From an uncultured SAR86 cluster bacterium (GTDB taxonomy: Bacteria; Pseudomonadota; Gammaproteobacteria; Magnimaribacterales; D2472): DNA of 64,000 nucleotides. The DNA is taken from assembly GCA_902594515.1 (NCBI GenBank), contig CACJML010000001.1:146977-210976 (forward strand), given 5' to 3'. A model generated the notes under the pieces. It was not told where the DNA came from. It was given only the letters and a program-made list of their open reading frames with translations, and did no database searches. Below, one piece after another: positions 62,445-64,000 of the stretch. The position numbers were made by a program, and so were the translations under genes. Every line of letters begins with the position of its first letter. Positions within the stretch are counted from its first letter, which is position 1.

Positions 62445-63161
62445 ATGGCATCTGCCAACCCAGCAAATAATCCAAAAAATGTTGGGATCATTATGGATGG
62501 AAATGGCCGCTGGGCAAAACAACATTCATTGATTACAAATCGTGGACATGAAAAAGGTGTGGCAGTTGTCAAAGAAGTGGTTAAAGAGGCAGTTCGTCAA
62601 AAAATTCAATCCCTAACTTTGTATGCTTTTAGTACAGAGAACTGGTCAAGGCCAAAAAAGGAAATTTCTGGTATTAAACGCTTAATAATTGAGGCAATTC
62701 ACGAACAAGTTCCTGAGTTAGCTGAACAAAAAGTTAAACTTAATTTTTTTGGTGACATAGAAACTTTTGGGAAAAAAGTCCATACAAGTATTCTTAAGGC
62801 TGAAAAAGATACTTCTTTTACAAAACCAGCTCTCAATTTAAATATTGCTTTAGGTTATGGGGGTAGGTCGGACATAATTAACGGCATAAGGTCAATTGTG
62901 GATGAGGCAAAAAAAACTAAGAAAGAATTACAAATTGATGAAACTAGTTTTTTTAATTACCTAAGTGCACCAATTAATGATCTTGATGTTTTAATTCGAA
63001 CTGGCGGTGATCACAGAATTAGTAATTTTCTTTTGTATCACATTGCATACACTGAACTAATTTTTGTTGATAAGCTTTGGCCAGATTTTAGTTCAAACGA
63101 TTTTCAGGATTGTTTGAATTCTTTTAAAAAAAGGAATAGACGTTTTGGAAAAAGAGTTTAG
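62445..63161 (+). CDS. uppS: Undecaprenyl diphosphate synthase
   Basis: IIMDGNGRWA, YAFSTENWSRP, IRTGGDHRISNFLL. Confidence 0.97.
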   Translation: MASANPANNPKNVGIIMDGNGRWAKQHSLITNRGHEKGVAVVKEVVKEAVRQKIQSLTLYAFSTENWSRPKKEISGIKRLIIEAIHEQVPELAEQKVKLNFFGDIETFGKKVHTSILKAEKDTSFTKPALNLNIALGYGGRSDIINGIRSIVDEAKKTKKELQIDETSFFNYLSAPINDLDVLIRTGGDHRISNFLLYHIAYTELIFVDKLWPDFSSNDFQDCLNSFKKRNRRFGKRV

Positions 63162-63945
63162 TAAGAATCTAATTTCAAGGGTTCCTATAGCCCTTTTGAT
63201 GGCAGCTGTAATTATTTTAGCCCTAGCTTACGGAAACTCTCCTCTTATAAATATATTTATTCTAGCTATTACCATTCTTGCAGCTTTTGAGCTGCTGAAC
63301 TTCATTGGGCGCAGTGTATTTAATATTCTATTTTTAATATCAGCATTGGTTGGGATCCTATTCCTTCAAGAAAACATAAAGGTATTATTGGCAATATTTG
63401 GTTTCTATTTATGGACTGTAACCACGATCATTATGGCATTTGGACAGTTACCTAAATTAAAAATATTTATGCCTTACATGATGATAATTTTCTTATCCAT
63501 ATTTTTGTCCTCTGGAATATTAATCAGTTCAAGTCAATCACTTCCAATCGATGGAAATCTTCTTTTGTTTGTAGTTATCTTAAATACTGCACTTATTGAT
63601 ATAGGTGCCTATTTATCTGGAAACTTATTTGGTAAAAATAAGATTTTTCCTTTAATAAGTCCAAACAAGACTGCAGAGGGTCTTATTGGCGGCTCAGTAC
63701 TTTCAATAATTTTTATCTCCTCTATGTTTATACTCAACTTTATTCCTCAATTAGTTTTTCTTGCTATTTTGGCTAGCATTCCTTTTGCATTTGTTGGTGA
63801 TTTATTTGAAAGCTATTTAAAAAGAGTTTCAGATGTAAAAGATTCAAGTTCATTATTGCTTGGACACGGTGGCTTTTTAGACAGAATCGACTCTCACCTT
63901 CCTGCATTCACAACTGTTGCAGGCATATTGTTTTTATCACTATGA
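63145..63945 (+). CDS. cdsA: Phosphatidate cytidylyltransferase
   Basis: DIGAYLSG, SPNKTAEG, GDLFESYLKR...KDS..LLGHGGFLDRIDS. Confidence 0.96.
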   Translation: MEKEFSKNLISRVPIALLMAAVIILALAYGNSPLINIFILAITILAAFELLNFIGRSVFNILFLISALVGILFLQENIKVLLAIFGFYLWTVTTIIMAFGQLPKLKIFMPYMMIIFLSIFLSSGILISSSQSLPIDGNLLLFVVILNTALIDIGAYLSGNLFGKNKIFPLISPNKTAEGLIGGSVLSIIFISSMFILNFIPQLVFLAILASIPFAFVGDLFESYLKRVSDVKDSSSLLLGHGGFLDRIDSHLPAFTTVAGILFLSL

Positions 63946-64000
63946 GAGGTGTATTTATTTTAGGTGGAACAGGGAGTATTGGCTCCAGCGCCCTGAGTGT
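63942..64000 (+). CDS. dxr: 1-deoxy-D-xylulose 5-phosphate reductoisomerase (partial, runs off the window)
   Basis: MRGVFILGGTGSIGSSALS, matching the ILGSTGSIG N-terminal motif; conserved position after cdsA. Confidence 0.8.
   Translation, partial: MRGVFILGGTGSIGSSALS

Noticed and set aside
63942-64000. GGTGSIG instead of GSTGSIG in Dxr
   Set aside because: A single conservative change in a truncated gene; not interpretable.

Overview
AT-rich, very densely packed bacterial chromosome segment with no mobile elements, CRISPR arrays or prophage that I can see. Gene content and synteny are gammaproteobacterial (Pseudomonadales-like). The near-absence of intergenic DNA, trimmed proteins and a TonB-dependent receptor suggest a streamlined marine lineage such as SAR86 (inference only). 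Order: 3' end of 23S rRNA and 5S rRNA; SnoaL-like gene, coaE, yacG; a minus-strand rnr-rlmB-lpxC-secA-TenI-like run; a TonB-dependent receptor; tRNA-Thr/msrA/birA on the minus strand; a ~29 kb co-oriented translation/transcription cluster (tRNA-Tyr, tRNA-Thr, tuf, tRNA-Trp, secE, nusG, rplKAJL, rpoBC, rpsL-rpsG-fusA, fused S10-spc-alpha genes); uvrA/ssb, a crotonase, ispB-fabA-fabB, rplU-rpmA-obgE, rpsT, tmRNA, smpB, a DUF3429-like/NSS/ratA/ratB run, bamE, fur, grpE-dnaK-dnaJ-dapB, rpsB-tsf-pyrH-frr-uppS-cdsA and the start of dxr. The most interesting signals are non-coding: (1) a candidate ~84-nt sigma54-dependent small RNA (minus strand, ~11126-11209) with a perfect -24/-12 promoter, a 5' stem starting at the predicted +1, a C/U-rich anti-Shine-Dalgarno-like loop and a strand-specific terminator; (2) a miniature copy of the 23S rRNA helix 19-20 region (the L4-binding site) between rpsJ and rplC, abutting the rplC ribosome-binding site, a probable rRNA-mimic autoregulatory element in a genome that lacks room for most E. 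coli-type ribosomal-protein leaders; (3) an A9 homopolymer that puts the apparent start of a domain-stripped RNase R out of frame.
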